Counted from the stretch's first letter, positions 18,627-28,779 are shown. The stretch is DNA of 64,000 nucleotides from Candidatus Heimdallarchaeota archaeon B3_Heim (GCA_003144275.1 NJBF01000021.1:2556-66555), one strand, 5' to 3'. Numbers and translations: made by a program. The notes: a model not told the origin generated them from the sequence alone.

Positions 18627-19100
18627 TTATTTACAGGACTTTTTTGGATTTTCTGTAATCCGTAAAAATCCAGATGCATCTAAAAAGGCCTGAGCTTTCT
18701 GAAAATCGGCTTCATCAACTGAAAATGCGTAATGAGCTTGGCCTTTGGTGAATCTGAGAACATAGAATGAATACACACGAATTCCTTGGTCAAAAAGCAA
18801 TTGTGCGAAATTCCCAAAAGTACCAGGTTCATCGGGTAATGCGGCAACTAATACATCCTGTTTACTAAATGACACATTCATATTTCTCAATAATTCTTGA
18901 GTTTTATCTTCGTTGTCGGTAAAAAGTGCAGCTGTACAAATTCCAAATGCCGAAGTACCCGCCATTGAGACAATATCTATATTATTGTCTCCTAGAGTTT
19001 TTCCAATCTGTGCAAGTAACCTTAGTGCATCCGTGTCGTTTTCTAAATGAATTATAAACTGCTGCACGCTTTTCACCTTTGTAGATGCTTTCAAATTCAC
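18627..19100 (-). CDS. Tandem ACT-domain regulatory protein
   Basis: At 157 aa with two roughly 70-aa halves that each look like an ACT fold (GxxxxxxxxLxxxGINI-like: LGDNNIDIVSM and FGNFAQLLFDQGIRVYSF). Confidence 0.5.
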   Translation of the reverse strand: MNLKASTKVKSVQQFIIHLENDTDALRLLAQIGKTLGDNNIDIVSMAGTSAFGICTAALFTDNEDKTQELLRNMNVSFSKQDVLVAALPDEPGTFGNFAQLLFDQGIRVYSFYVLRFTKGQAHYAFSVDEADFQKAQAFLDASGFLRITENPKKSCK

Positions 19101-19249
19101 TTGTATTGAACAATCATTTTTCCCGTCATAAATACTTAAATACTGCGTGAGAATTGGTGATAAATACTAGTAATTATAAACAAGACTATTAGGATGAATT
19201 TCCTTCGTCTCCATTTTTTTATTCACCTATTTTGTGAGTACGAGCCAAT

Positions 19250-19906
19250 TTGCAGATTATCTATCTTTATGGCTTTGCTTCAGGTCCACTCTCTGAAAAA
19301 GCTCAATTTTTTAAGCATAAATTTGATTTAATTGGTACTCCTTTTCGAATTTTTGATTATATCCCTAGTTCTAAGAATTTTCATCTAATGCGTCCCTCTC
19401 AATTAGTTATAAATCTTCATGATTTCATTAACATGGAGTATTCTGATCAGAAGATTATATTGTGTGGATCAAGCTTTGGGGGGTTGATAGTAGCTTGGTA
19501 TGCCTCTACTCATCCTGAATATGTAGAAAAATTAATACTCATAGCTCCTGCTCTTCATTTCACAACTGAATATATTGCTGAAACATTAGGTACCACCCTT
19601 TCCCAATGGAAGAATGAGAGTGATGTGCTAGTAGACCATTACCGTTTCAATGGAAAAATCCCCATAAATTATTCTTTTATTCAAGACCTTTGTGACAATC
19701 CTCCCCCTAAATTCCCTTTGAAGAATTTTCCTATTTCCACTTTAGTTTTTCATGGGAAGAATGATGAGGTTGTTCCAGTGCGATGGAGCATTGATTTTGC
19801 TCTAGAAAATCAAAAAGTTAACTTAAACGTCTTAGCTGGTGATCACCAATTACTCGATCAGAAAAAAACGATGTGGAACAGTATTCAATCATTCTTAACT
19901 AATTAA
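19250..19906 (+). CDS. YqiA-like esterase (UPF0227 alpha/beta hydrolase)
   Basis: YLYGFASGP at the N-terminus and GSSFGG nucleophile elbow, at about 218 aa. The start is a TTG. Confidence 0.6.
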   Translation: MQIIYLYGFASGPLSEKAQFFKHKFDLIGTPFRIFDYIPSSKNFHLMRPSQLVINLHDFINMEYSDQKIILCGSSFGGLIVAWYASTHPEYVEKLILIAPALHFTTEYIAETLGTTLSQWKNESDVLVDHYRFNGKIPINYSFIQDLCDNPPPKFPLKNFPISTLVFHGKNDEVVPVRWSIDFALENQKVNLNVLAGDHQLLDQKKTMWNSIQSFLTN

Positions 19907-20288
19907 GGTCATATACAATGTTTTCAAGTGCTTCCTTAATTTGAGCGCTTAACTGGACCAGCATACGGCCTTCAGGAGAAGTAACTTCATGTTTTGGATT
20001 AGCCCAGCCTTTGAGCATTGGCCAAATATTGATAGCTGTGTTTTGTTCGTCTTGGATTTGTAATAAGGGAGAAAGAACCTGTTCAAACTCATTATATGTG
20101 TTATTATCAATAGAAAAATTAATTAAGGGGCAATAATACTCGTCTGGAGCTGTTACACGGCGTAACAATGGACGAACATCTTGGGTATAGCAAAGAGTAG
20201 TTTGTCCTCTCCGAAGGACACATCCCGCATGAAAATTACTCTTTTCTACACGGAAAGGACAAAAGCCATGTTCGAGTATCTGCATCAA
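19899..20288 (-). CDS. Conserved hypothetical Cys-motif protein, paralog A of a tandem pair
   Basis: At 129 aa. Shares the motifs H-x-CPFRVE, GCVL, LCY, YYCPL, FEQ, IQD, TINIWPML and TPEG with the adjacent ORF. Confidence 0.5.
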   Translation of the reverse strand: MMQILEHGFCPFRVEKSNFHAGCVLRRGQTTLCYTQDVRPLLRRVTAPDEYYCPLINFSIDNNTYNEFEQVLSPLLQIQDEQNTAINIWPMLKGWANPKHEVTSPEGRMLVQLSAQIKEALENIVYDLN

Positions 20289-20340
20289 AGAAACTGGGGA
20301 CAGTTAATTTTTAAGTTTACCCTCGATAAAATATCCTTGT

Positions 20341-20730
20341 TTATTCCATCTCAAAAATAATATCGTTTAATTCCTCTCTCACCTTCATGCTAAGCCTCTC
20401 CATTGCTTTCCCTTCTGGTGTTTTTGCTTTATTACACGAATTCGCAATCCCTGTCAACATCGGCCAAATATTAATTGTGGTGCTTTCTCTATCTTGGATA
20501 GTAAGAATATAGCTAACGAGTTGTTCGAATTTTTTATACAAATCATCTGAAACTATAACTTTCGGTAGAAGCGGACAATAATAGCTGGAATCACGCGCTA
20601 TTAAGGGCCGCTCATCTGTGGAATAACACAGAGACTCTTTTCCTTTTTGTAATACGCAGCCTGGGAGATGTTCAAGAATTTCAACCCGAAATGGACAATG
20701 ACCACGTACCTTCATCAATTTAAACTCCAA
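20341..20730 (-). CDS. Conserved hypothetical Cys-motif protein, paralog B of a tandem pair
   Basis: At 129 aa, colinear with paralog A and about 40-45% identical by eye. Confidence 0.5.
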   Translation of the reverse strand: MEFKLMKVRGHCPFRVEILEHLPGCVLQKGKESLCYSTDERPLIARDSSYYCPLLPKVIVSDDLYKKFEQLVSYILTIQDRESTTINIWPMLTGIANSCNKAKTPEGKAMERLSMKVREELNDIIFEME

Positions 20731-20932
20731 AAATAAAAGAAAAAATTTCCCAGATAAGTTACTCTACATTTTTCTTTTAAACGTGATGGAATTCTGTAGA
20801 AGACTCCTTTCATAAAAGGCAAAGACTGTAGCAAGAACCTTTATCAATATTCATTCTCTTTCAATATCAAAATAAGTTTTATAATCATCAATATGTGGTC
20901 ATAATTGACATGAAATCTTAACTAAAAGACAA

Positions 20933-22141
20933 GTGAAGGATTCAATAATGAATGCAAAAAAATTAAAGCAATTGCTTATACAGGAAGCTAAGGAAATAGA
21001 GTCTTATGTTATAAACACACGTAGATATATACATATGCGTCCCGAAACAGCTTTTGAAGAAGTAAAAACCCGTGATCTCATCGAAGCAGAATTAAAAAAA
21101 CTTGATTTTGATACTATAAGAACTGCTAGGACAGGGGTCATTGGTGTTTTGAATGGTAAGAAAACTGGCCCAACAATTGCTTTACGTGCAGATACTGATG
21201 CTTTAAATCTCACAGAAGAAAATGATGTTGAATATGCAAGTACAATTCCTGGGAAGATGCATGCGTGTGGGCATGACGCACATACAGCTATGTTGTTAGG
21301 GGCTGCTAAACTAATATTGAAATATCGTAACCAACTTTCTGGAACCCTAAAGCTGCTTTTTCAACCTGCAGAAGAAGGTGGTGGAGGGGGTAAACTGATC
21401 TGTGATGAAGGTCACCTAGATGATGTGGATAAAATTTTTGGAATTCATGTTTGGCGAGAGCTAGAAGCAGGTATTATTGGTTCACGAAAAGGGGCCATGT
21501 TGGCTTCTGCAGATGCATTTATAGTGAGTATTACTGGGAAAGGAGGCCATGCGGCTGCACCCCACCAAACCATTGATCCCACGGCTGTTCTTGTCGATAT
21601 TTATAATGCACTCCAGAAAATAGTCTCTCGCGAGATAGATCCCTTTAGTGATGTTATTATTACCACTCCAGTTATGCAAGCAAGCGACGCGTTTAATGTG
21701 ATCCCACGAGAAGCGAAATTGGAAGGTACATTTAGAACTATGGATCCCAAGATTAGAGATCACATCGTAACAAGAATTCCAGAGATTGTACAAGGATATT
21801 GCAAAGCTTGGCGATGTGAAGGATCAGTAACCTTCAATGAAGGTGACATGATACCATATCCTCCTCTAATAAATGATGCTCAATCAGTAGATGAAGTAAT
21901 TGAAATTTTAAAAGGAACTGAATTAAGCTATGTTTCAATGGATCCTTCTATGGGTGGTGAAGATTTCGCTTTTTATTTACAAAAGACCAAGGGAGCCTTT
22001 TTAACCTTGGGAATATATAATGAGGAAAAAGGTATCACTTCACCCCATCATCATCCTCACTTTGATGTAGATGAAGCAGTACTTTGGAAAGGGACCGCCT
22101 TGTATGCTTTGCTAGGTTTTTATTCGCTGTTCAATGTGTGA
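20933..22141 (+). CDS. M20D-family amidohydrolase (N-acyl-L-amino acid amidohydrolase / hippurate hydrolase-like)
   Basis: HACGHDAH metal-binding motif, then LLFQPAEEGGGG and GGHAAAPH. About 400 aa. Confidence 0.8.
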   Translation: MKDSIMNAKKLKQLLIQEAKEIESYVINTRRYIHMRPETAFEEVKTRDLIEAELKKLDFDTIRTARTGVIGVLNGKKTGPTIALRADTDALNLTEENDVEYASTIPGKMHACGHDAHTAMLLGAAKLILKYRNQLSGTLKLLFQPAEEGGGGGKLICDEGHLDDVDKIFGIHVWRELEAGIIGSRKGAMLASADAFIVSITGKGGHAAAPHQTIDPTAVLVDIYNALQKIVSREIDPFSDVIITTPVMQASDAFNVIPREAKLEGTFRTMDPKIRDHIVTRIPEIVQGYCKAWRCEGSVTFNEGDMIPYPPLINDAQSVDEVIEILKGTELSYVSMDPSMGGEDFAFYLQKTKGAFLTLGIYNEEKGITSPHHHPHFDVDEAVLWKGTALYALLGFYSLFNV

Positions 22142-22147
22142 AAATGA

Positions 22148-23299
22148 ATGATCTTTGAGGAGCAATTATTAGGCGTATTAAGTGAGAATAGAGTAAATGT
22201 TCTCTTAACGAATCCCTGTGCTCGGTTACAAACAATATTGAATTTACTTTCCGAAACCGATGAATTTGACGTTCTAGAAATTACCCGTGAAGAACACGGT
22301 GTAGGCATTGCTGCAGGTGCATATATGGCTGGTATGAAACCAGCTATGCTAATACAGAGTACAGGAATAGGAAATATCCTTAATACTATTGCTTCTCTAA
22401 CGTTAACGTATCAATTCCCCTTACTAATCATAGCTAGCTGGAGAGGAGTAATAGATGAACCCATCGCTGCACAGAATATTTTTGGTAGGGCGGTAGAAAA
22501 ACTTCTTACTGCACTCAAGATTGAAACTCACATTATAGATGAGAACTCCGATATTTCAACATTTAAAGAGAAAATTCTTGAAGTATATGTGCAACGGAAA
22601 GTTTTAGTACTCCTATGCTCCCCAAGAGTATGGACAAAGTCGCAAGATATGTACTCTGAAAAAACTTTTGAAGTTTCACATCCAAAGCATTATCAAGAAG
22701 AGGTGAAACAAAAAAATTCCAATGTTAATCCCAGTATGACCCGAATAGACGTTTTTAAAGACCTTACTGATAATATGACTAAGAAAGATCTTATCATTGC
22801 AAATATTGGATTTCCAGCACGAGAGTTATATCATGTGAATGATCAATCGCATTTTTTCTATATGACAGGGAGCTTTGGACAAGTGAGTGCTATCGGCATT
22901 GGTATAGCTAGGTATCAACCAAATAAGCAAATTTATGTCCTTGAAGGAGACGGGAGTATGTTGATGAGTCCTGGTATTCTTCCAATGATTGCTGCTTATT
23001 CGCCTAATAATTTAACGATAATTTGTTTGAATAATGGGAGTTATGGTTCAACAGGGAATCAACCGACCCTTTATAATTTAGGATTTATTGATTTTAGAAT
23101 TGTGACACACGGATTTGGATTCCAACCGTCTAAAATCATTAATATTAGTGATAGATCAGATTTAATGAAATTGCTTCCTAATTTATCTGATTATCAATTC
23201 ATTCAGATATTTATCAGACCATTAAATGCTGAGGTCGGAAAAATCCCTTTAACACCAAAAGAAATTGGTGATAGATTCATGAACTCAATAAGTGATTGA
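22148..23299 (+). CDS. Fused TPP-dependent sulfopyruvate / phosphonopyruvate decarboxylase family enzyme (ComDE/AepY-like)
   Basis: The N-terminal half resembles ComD (EITREEHGVGIAAGAYMAGMKPAMLIQSTGIGN...LLIIASWRG). The C-terminal half carries the TPP motif GDGSMLMS...NNGSYGSTGNQ. It sits 6 nt after the M20 gene. Confidence 0.6.
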   Translation: MIFEEQLLGVLSENRVNVLLTNPCARLQTILNLLSETDEFDVLEITREEHGVGIAAGAYMAGMKPAMLIQSTGIGNILNTIASLTLTYQFPLLIIASWRGVIDEPIAAQNIFGRAVEKLLTALKIETHIIDENSDISTFKEKILEVYVQRKVLVLLCSPRVWTKSQDMYSEKTFEVSHPKHYQEEVKQKNSNVNPSMTRIDVFKDLTDNMTKKDLIIANIGFPARELYHVNDQSHFFYMTGSFGQVSAIGIGIARYQPNKQIYVLEGDGSMLMSPGILPMIAAYSPNNLTIICLNNGSYGSTGNQPTLYNLGFIDFRIVTHGFGFQPSKIINISDRSDLMKLLPNLSDYQFIQIFIRPLNAEVGKIPLTPKEIGDRFMNSISD

Positions 23300-23300
23300 A

Positions 23301-25637
23301 TTAGGGTTTTCTCTTTAGATCTGGTTTTGTGTCCTGTTCATTCTCTGCTTGAAGAGTTTCTGTAATTTTAGAAGGAACAATCCCTGCTGTTACGCTTTTA
23401 ATGAGAGTAACTTGATCAGCTAGTGTATAACCACATAAGGGACAACCAGATTTCCCTGTTATTTCAATTATCGAGCTAAAATCTAATCCACATCCCTTAC
23501 AACTAAAGGGAAACATAACTAAGTCTCCAGAGCAGTTAGGACAATTAGTAGAACCAACTGTGGCTAAATCTACATAATCATGAATACACACAAATCTTTT
23601 ACACGATTTGCATTGTAGGTAATGTTGATCTGATATCTCTCCGATACAAACTTGACAATTGGTTTCCTTTGGTGGAGTAGGTTCTAACAATAACATATCG
23701 GATCTAAGTACAAGGGATTTATTAATTATCCTTAGAGGAGTTAAGGAAGCTTTGATAGCAGCTGGTAGCTTAAGTTTACGAGTTTCTAACTCTGAAGTTA
23801 ACGTATCAACATGGATTGCTTTGCCCATTACCAGATCTTGAACCCATGTTTGTTGAGGTTTGGGTCGGTAATATTCGACTATGTCCTTAGCTTTTGTTTT
23901 TATGTCTCTACCGTACGCATTAGATTTTGCCTTTATCTTGGGAAAACTCTTGATGGTACTGAAAATAATGACTCCTACAAATGAAATGACTGCTAATAAA
24001 GCGAGAATAATCGTGATTGGATTCGAAAAGAAATTTTTAGGATCACTTCCAAATGTAGTCTCAAGATGATCATTGAAAAAATCGTTATCGCTGTCAGGAT
24101 CACGAGGATTAGTACCAAGTAAAAATTCTTCTCTGTTGGTCAACCCATCCGAATCTGCGTCGTCTTCACCATCATTAATACCAATGATAAAGTTATGACG
24201 ATATTCATATATATTAGGTAGACCATCGTTGTCTAAATCGCTATCTGCGTCATCTTTACCAGCTTCAAGCCCATTTTCATATTCATAAAAATTCGGCATG
24301 CCATCCTGATCGGCATCCATGCTTGAATCATTTAATGCAGAATTGAGATTATTAAGAAATTCATACAGATTAGGCATACCATCTTGATCATTATCAGCAC
24401 TTGCGTCATTATAGCTCCCATTTAAACCATAGATAAACTCATAATTATCTGACATCTGATCTAAATCACTATCAGCTAATTGAGGGTTTGTACCAAATTT
24501 AAACTCATTAATATTCGATAAACCATCACCATCGGGGTCGGTAGACCAGTCGTCTTCATTAGATGGATATAATCCATTCTCTATTTCCCAAGAATCAGGT
24601 AACTGATCTTTATCTAAATCTGTTACATTCCAAAGTCTAACAGTTTGATCTGCAGATGCTGATGCGAGTAGAGGTTTATTAGGATGGAATTTCACACTTC
24701 GGATTGATTGAGTATGACCTGTAAGATTTATGACAAGGGTATCTGAGATGTCATCCCAGATATTAATATCTCCATCTTGTAAACCGGAGGCTAGATAGTA
24801 GCCGTTATAACTATAAGCAACAGATCGAATCCAATCATTCAATGATCTTGTAGGGAGTGTTTTAAAACCATAATTTGTTAAATCCCAAGATTCTAGGAGA
24901 TTATCTTGAGATCCTGATGCCAACTTTGTACCTGTTGGATTAACCGCTAGTGAAAGAATATTATCAGTATTGTTTGAGATAATTGTTTCTAAGTTTCCTG
25001 TTGTTATATTCCATAGAAGGATGCTATCGTCATATGAACCAGAAGCTAACATCCCATTAGGAAGAAATTGTACAGATCTTACAGCTCCAGTATGACCTGT
25101 GAGGTTTAAATAAGAATCCGATGATGCATAGTCCCAGATCCTTACAGTTGAGTCACCAGAACCAGAGGCAAGGTATGATCCATCTGGACTAAAATCCAAA
25201 GACCAAATGGAATTGGTGTGACCTGTTAGATTATACATTATTTCTCCCATAGTCAAATTCCAGATGAATATTGTCCGATCAAAAGAACCAGAAGCGAGTA
25301 CAGGGTCGTAAGGATGAAAAGCTACTGAATAAACCGAATCTAGATGACCTGTGAGGTTGCGAAAGAGGGCACCAGAAGTGATATTCCAGACCAAGATTGA
25401 GTTATCAGAGGAAGCTGAAGCTAAGAAAGCACCACTTGGTGAAAAATCAACATCCCAAACCTCTGATTCATGTCCGGTGAGAGTTTGTACAACGAAATCT
25501 CCCTGATTTACTTTTGTTAGGGGTTTAGAATGAAAAAAATCATGCTCTAAAGTATCTACCATGTTAATTTGACAAATTATTTGGGTTGTTAGTATCAGAG
25601 CAAATACTAATACTGGAGCGTATTTCTTGTATTTCAT
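23301..25637 (-). CDS. Receptor-like surface protein: signal peptide, WD40 beta-propeller, thrombospondin type-3-like Ca-binding repeats, transmembrane helix, cytoplasmic multi-zinc-ribbon tail
   Basis: Signal peptide MKYKKYAPVLVFALILTTQIICQ. Repeated WD40 units (LTGH...V.SVAF...LASGS.D.TI.IWN). Six DxDxDG-type repeats (DADQDGMPNFYEY, DSDLDNDGLPNIYEY and others). Transmembrane helix ITIILALLAVISFVGVIIFSTI. Five CxxC pairs in the last 200 aa. Confidence 0.7.
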   Translation of the reverse strand: MKYKKYAPVLVFALILTTQIICQINMVDTLEHDFFHSKPLTKVNQGDFVVQTLTGHESEVWDVDFSPSGAFLASASSDNSILVWNITSGALFRNLTGHLDSVYSVAFHPYDPVLASGSFDRTIFIWNLTMGEIMYNLTGHTNSIWSLDFSPDGSYLASGSGDSTVRIWDYASSDSYLNLTGHTGAVRSVQFLPNGMLASGSYDDSILLWNITTGNLETIISNNTDNILSLAVNPTGTKLASGSQDNLLESWDLTNYGFKTLPTRSLNDWIRSVAYSYNGYYLASGLQDGDINIWDDISDTLVINLTGHTQSIRSVKFHPNKPLLASASADQTVRLWNVTDLDKDQLPDSWEIENGLYPSNEDDWSTDPDGDGLSNINEFKFGTNPQLADSDLDQMSDNYEFIYGLNGSYNDASADNDQDGMPNLYEFLNNLNSALNDSSMDADQDGMPNFYEYENGLEAGKDDADSDLDNDGLPNIYEYRHNFIIGINDGEDDADSDGLTNREEFLLGTNPRDPDSDNDFFNDHLETTFGSDPKNFFSNPITIILALLAVISFVGVIIFSTIKSFPKIKAKSNAYGRDIKTKAKDIVEYYRPKPQQTWVQDLVMGKAIHVDTLTSELETRKLKLPAAIKASLTPLRIINKSLVLRSDMLLLEPTPPKETNCQVCIGEISDQHYLQCKSCKRFVCIHDYVDLATVGSTNCPNCSGDLVMFPFSCKGCGLDFSSIIEITGKSGCPLCGYTLADQVTLIKSVTAGIVPSKITETLQAENEQDTKPDLKRKP

Positions 25638-25683
25638 AATAATCCCAGGAACTATAGATTAATTTGTTTTAGACCAATATCTC

Positions 25684-27450
25684 TTACTTCCTATATCGTT
25701 TCCTGAAAAAAATTGCCAATATACTAAGAACAAAGAGTGATAGTAGTGAATCGGGGAAGGACGCCGATCCTGCTTGACTCCTTGTCCATTCAGCAGTTGC
25801 AGTAGTTGTATAATACGGATCATAGAATGTTGTAGGCGTTTCCTCTGTCAATTGAAGTGTAAATTCCCCAATGTGTTTTGTAGCCCAGACAAGAACTTTG
25901 TAGGTTTCGTTGTAAGTTATCTTTAAACTTCCACCAACATTAAAGGTGGAAACGAGTTCCCAATTACTGGTATAAACTTCTGCTATCAAAACTAAAGGTG
26001 AACCTAGTTGATTATCGAAACTGAAATATGTTTCATTGATTGCTTCCCATTCGAAACCATAAACTCGTATGAGGTCGGTCATGGACCCAATAAATTTGTT
26101 GTTTACTGGTTGTTTCATGTTTACCCAGACATAAGAAGCCGTAAAGTTTTCTAAATCAGATGGTATTGACAATGTAACAGCATGATCACCAGGACCTAAA
26201 TTAAACTGGAAAATCTTTCGGCCATTCGGAGAACTAAGATTAACTTCACTAGTTTGAGTTGGAGGGATAGTTGCATTTGTAGCTAGAACTGTTAATTGTG
26301 TTGTGATATTGTCAAGTTCTTTTGGGCCTGATAATATGAAATAATAGGAGGCCGTGGATGGAATTTTAATATTTGTGTAAATTGTTTTGTTTTCTTCAAC
26401 CCAAAATGATACTTCTTCCCCAAGTTCATCAAATTTGGGTTCAACTATGACCCAAAAAACCGAAGTAAAAGCAGAATTTTTTAGAATATCAGAGCTTTTG
26501 ACAAAATACGAAAGATTTACTCCTCCTGTAACGTCTTGAAGATTAAATAGATAATAGGATGTATTTTCGATTGGCGCTAAGATTTCGGACTCCCATGATC
26601 CATATGCGTTATAAAAAAGAGTGACAGAATCAATGGGAGACACATCATCGACATCTATGAAGAATTCTACTGAAAATAAGCCTAATCCTATAGGTGTAAT
26701 TGTTTTCGAGATAATAGCTGAGGGTGGAGTAAAATCCAACCAAAATGATTCGACTTGAGAATTGTAATAACTGACACCAGAACTATCTTTCCAGAAAACC
26801 GTGAGATTGAGGAATTTACTGTACTCACGTCCAAGTTCAAGCGTCCATTCTTCAATGATTTCAGGGAGATTAATTCCTTCAATTTCCATATCTGGCAAGT
26901 AAACGGAGGTTCCATCAGTGTATGCAGCTATCCATTGAAACTGACCAACAGTTGCTTGCGATGCTCCTTCACAAATGACTGTACTAATAATTGCACCCTT
27001 ATTCTTAAGTTCTGTAACTATATTAAGTAGGGCTGATCCATTATAATATCCTCTCGGGTCAGATTCAAGAAGTTCGGTTCCTACATATATCCCTGGATCA
27101 CAGTCTTCGTCTCCCACTAAAATAACTAATTTAGAAGCATCTTCCCTCCAATTCCAGGTATTAGCGAGATATAATGCATCACCCCAAGGTTCTGTTCCCC
27201 CTTCGGCGGTAAGGGAGTTAATTAAAGTCTGAATACTGTCAAAATCATCCGTTAGTTCAATATAATTATAAGTATTCTCCGTAGGATATTCGTCATATCG
27301 ACTCCACCCGAAAACGATAACACCTATGCGAAGATCAGGTATTTCACTGGTCAGAACCTCAAAAATCCTTTTTCGAACGTTATGGATTGTACTTCCCGAT
27401 CTAGCAATCTGCAGTTCTCTACAAATTCCGTCTCTAATAGTGATTGTCAC
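25684..27450 (-). CDS. von Willebrand factor type A (vWA) domain protein with a C-terminal transmembrane anchor
   Basis: N-terminal vWA-like region (IGVIVFGW...LTAEGGTEPWGDAL...KLVILVGDED). A long beta-rich middle. C-terminal LLSLFVLSILAIFFRKRYRK. It is 46 nt upstream of the WD40 gene on the same strand. Confidence 0.55.
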   Translation of the reverse strand: MTITIRDGICRELQIARSGSTIHNVRKRIFEVLTSEIPDLRIGVIVFGWSRYDEYPTENTYNYIELTDDFDSIQTLINSLTAEGGTEPWGDALYLANTWNWREDASKLVILVGDEDCDPGIYVGTELLESDPRGYYNGSALLNIVTELKNKGAIISTVICEGASQATVGQFQWIAAYTDGTSVYLPDMEIEGINLPEIIEEWTLELGREYSKFLNLTVFWKDSSGVSYYNSQVESFWLDFTPPSAIISKTITPIGLGLFSVEFFIDVDDVSPIDSVTLFYNAYGSWESEILAPIENTSYYLFNLQDVTGGVNLSYFVKSSDILKNSAFTSVFWVIVEPKFDELGEEVSFWVEENKTIYTNIKIPSTASYYFILSGPKELDNITTQLTVLATNATIPPTQTSEVNLSSPNGRKIFQFNLGPGDHAVTLSIPSDLENFTASYVWVNMKQPVNNKFIGSMTDLIRVYGFEWEAINETYFSFDNQLGSPLVLIAEVYTSNWELVSTFNVGGSLKITYNETYKVLVWATKHIGEFTLQLTEETPTTFYDPYYTTTATAEWTRSQAGSASFPDSLLSLFVLSILAIFFRKRYRK

Positions 27451-27607
27451 TTAAATGGATTAAATGCCAAATTCAATCCACGATAAAATATATCCATAAA
27501 TGCATTAGGTCTTTTGTTCAGAATTATGAGGATAGGGATTGGCGGGAACTAAAGATTGTTAAAGAACCTAAATTCTAGTTTTCAGAATCTCTTTTCACAT
27601 CAATATA

Positions 27608-28723
27608 ATGGTGATTAAACTGGTGAAAGCAATAAAAATTGGTAGCGCTAAGAGTGAACCTGGAAAATTAACCTATGGATTCATTGACGGTATTGAGCTT
27701 CCTACAGGAATTATAGAAAAAATTCCCGTCATGATTGCTCAAGGCCTCAAGGATGGGCCAACCTTCTTTTTAACAGCAAATGTCCATGGCTTTGAACTTA
27801 CTGGAGTGGCTGTCATTCATGAATTGGTTACTGAACAACTAGCTCAAGAATTAAAAGGGACAGTTATCGCAATTCCAACCTTAAATCCTTCAGCTTTTCG
27901 TAAGTATCATCACAAGGCTGAATATGACGATAGAGACCCAAATAGATTATTTCCAGAAGGAAAATTTAAGGAAAAAGATAGCGATAACGGTGATAAAGAA
28001 TACCCGAAATTATATGAGCATATAACAAACAAAATTTTCTCAATTTTTGAAAAATATGCAGATTATCATATTGATTTCCACAATCATTCACTCTTATCAA
28101 TTCCGTACGCGATCCTGGATCGATTATTCTATAAAGATGAATCCGAGAAAGAAGCAGCTGAAAAACTCTTTAAACAACAAAAAGAAATGGTTGATTCTTT
28201 TGGAATGCTAGTATGTGCCGAATTTCCAGCCAATAAATACTTAAAAATGAAACTTCACCGATCGGTTTCTGGATCCACATTTAATAGTCTAGGAATACCT
28301 GCGTTCACTGCAGAGCTAGGGGAAAATCGGTTTTTAGTTCCTGAGGTAATTACTGGATCCGTGAAAGGCACAAGGAATGTCTTAAAATGGGCTGGAATGC
28401 TTGATGGCCCTATTGAACAAATAACAGAATTTCCAGTACCAAAACCACAAGAGCGAGTTAGAAGGTTTGATCATCCACGGGTTAAGAGGTCAGGTATAGT
28501 CAGGTTTATTGTAAAAGCAGGAGATTATGTTACTAAGGGACAACCGATTGCAAAATTTACAGATATTGTCGGTAGGCCTCTAGATGATGGCTACATACGA
28601 ACTGAATACGATGGGTATATGGTATCACTCCAGACAAAGATGACTGTTTATCCAAATGATACGATCGCAGAAATGGGAATCAAGGATGAATTCCCTCTGG
28701 TCGTACCACTTCCATCCAAGTAA
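27608..28723 (+). CDS. Succinylglutamate desuccinylase / aspartoacylase (AstE/AspA) family zinc hydrolase
   Basis: Has the zinc-ligand motif HGFELTG near the N-terminus and a second His block (DFHNHS). About 370 aa. Confidence 0.55.
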   Translation: MVIKLVKAIKIGSAKSEPGKLTYGFIDGIELPTGIIEKIPVMIAQGLKDGPTFFLTANVHGFELTGVAVIHELVTEQLAQELKGTVIAIPTLNPSAFRKYHHKAEYDDRDPNRLFPEGKFKEKDSDNGDKEYPKLYEHITNKIFSIFEKYADYHIDFHNHSLLSIPYAILDRLFYKDESEKEAAEKLFKQQKEMVDSFGMLVCAEFPANKYLKMKLHRSVSGSTFNSLGIPAFTAELGENRFLVPEVITGSVKGTRNVLKWAGMLDGPIEQITEFPVPKPQERVRRFDHPRVKRSGIVRFIVKAGDYVTKGQPIAKFTDIVGRPLDDGYIRTEYDGYMVSLQTKMTVYPNDTIAEMGIKDEFPLVVPLPSK

Positions 28724-28779
28724 AAATAGATGAAATAGTCAGATACAATAAGTCAACTAGAAGTTTAGGATCAATTTTT

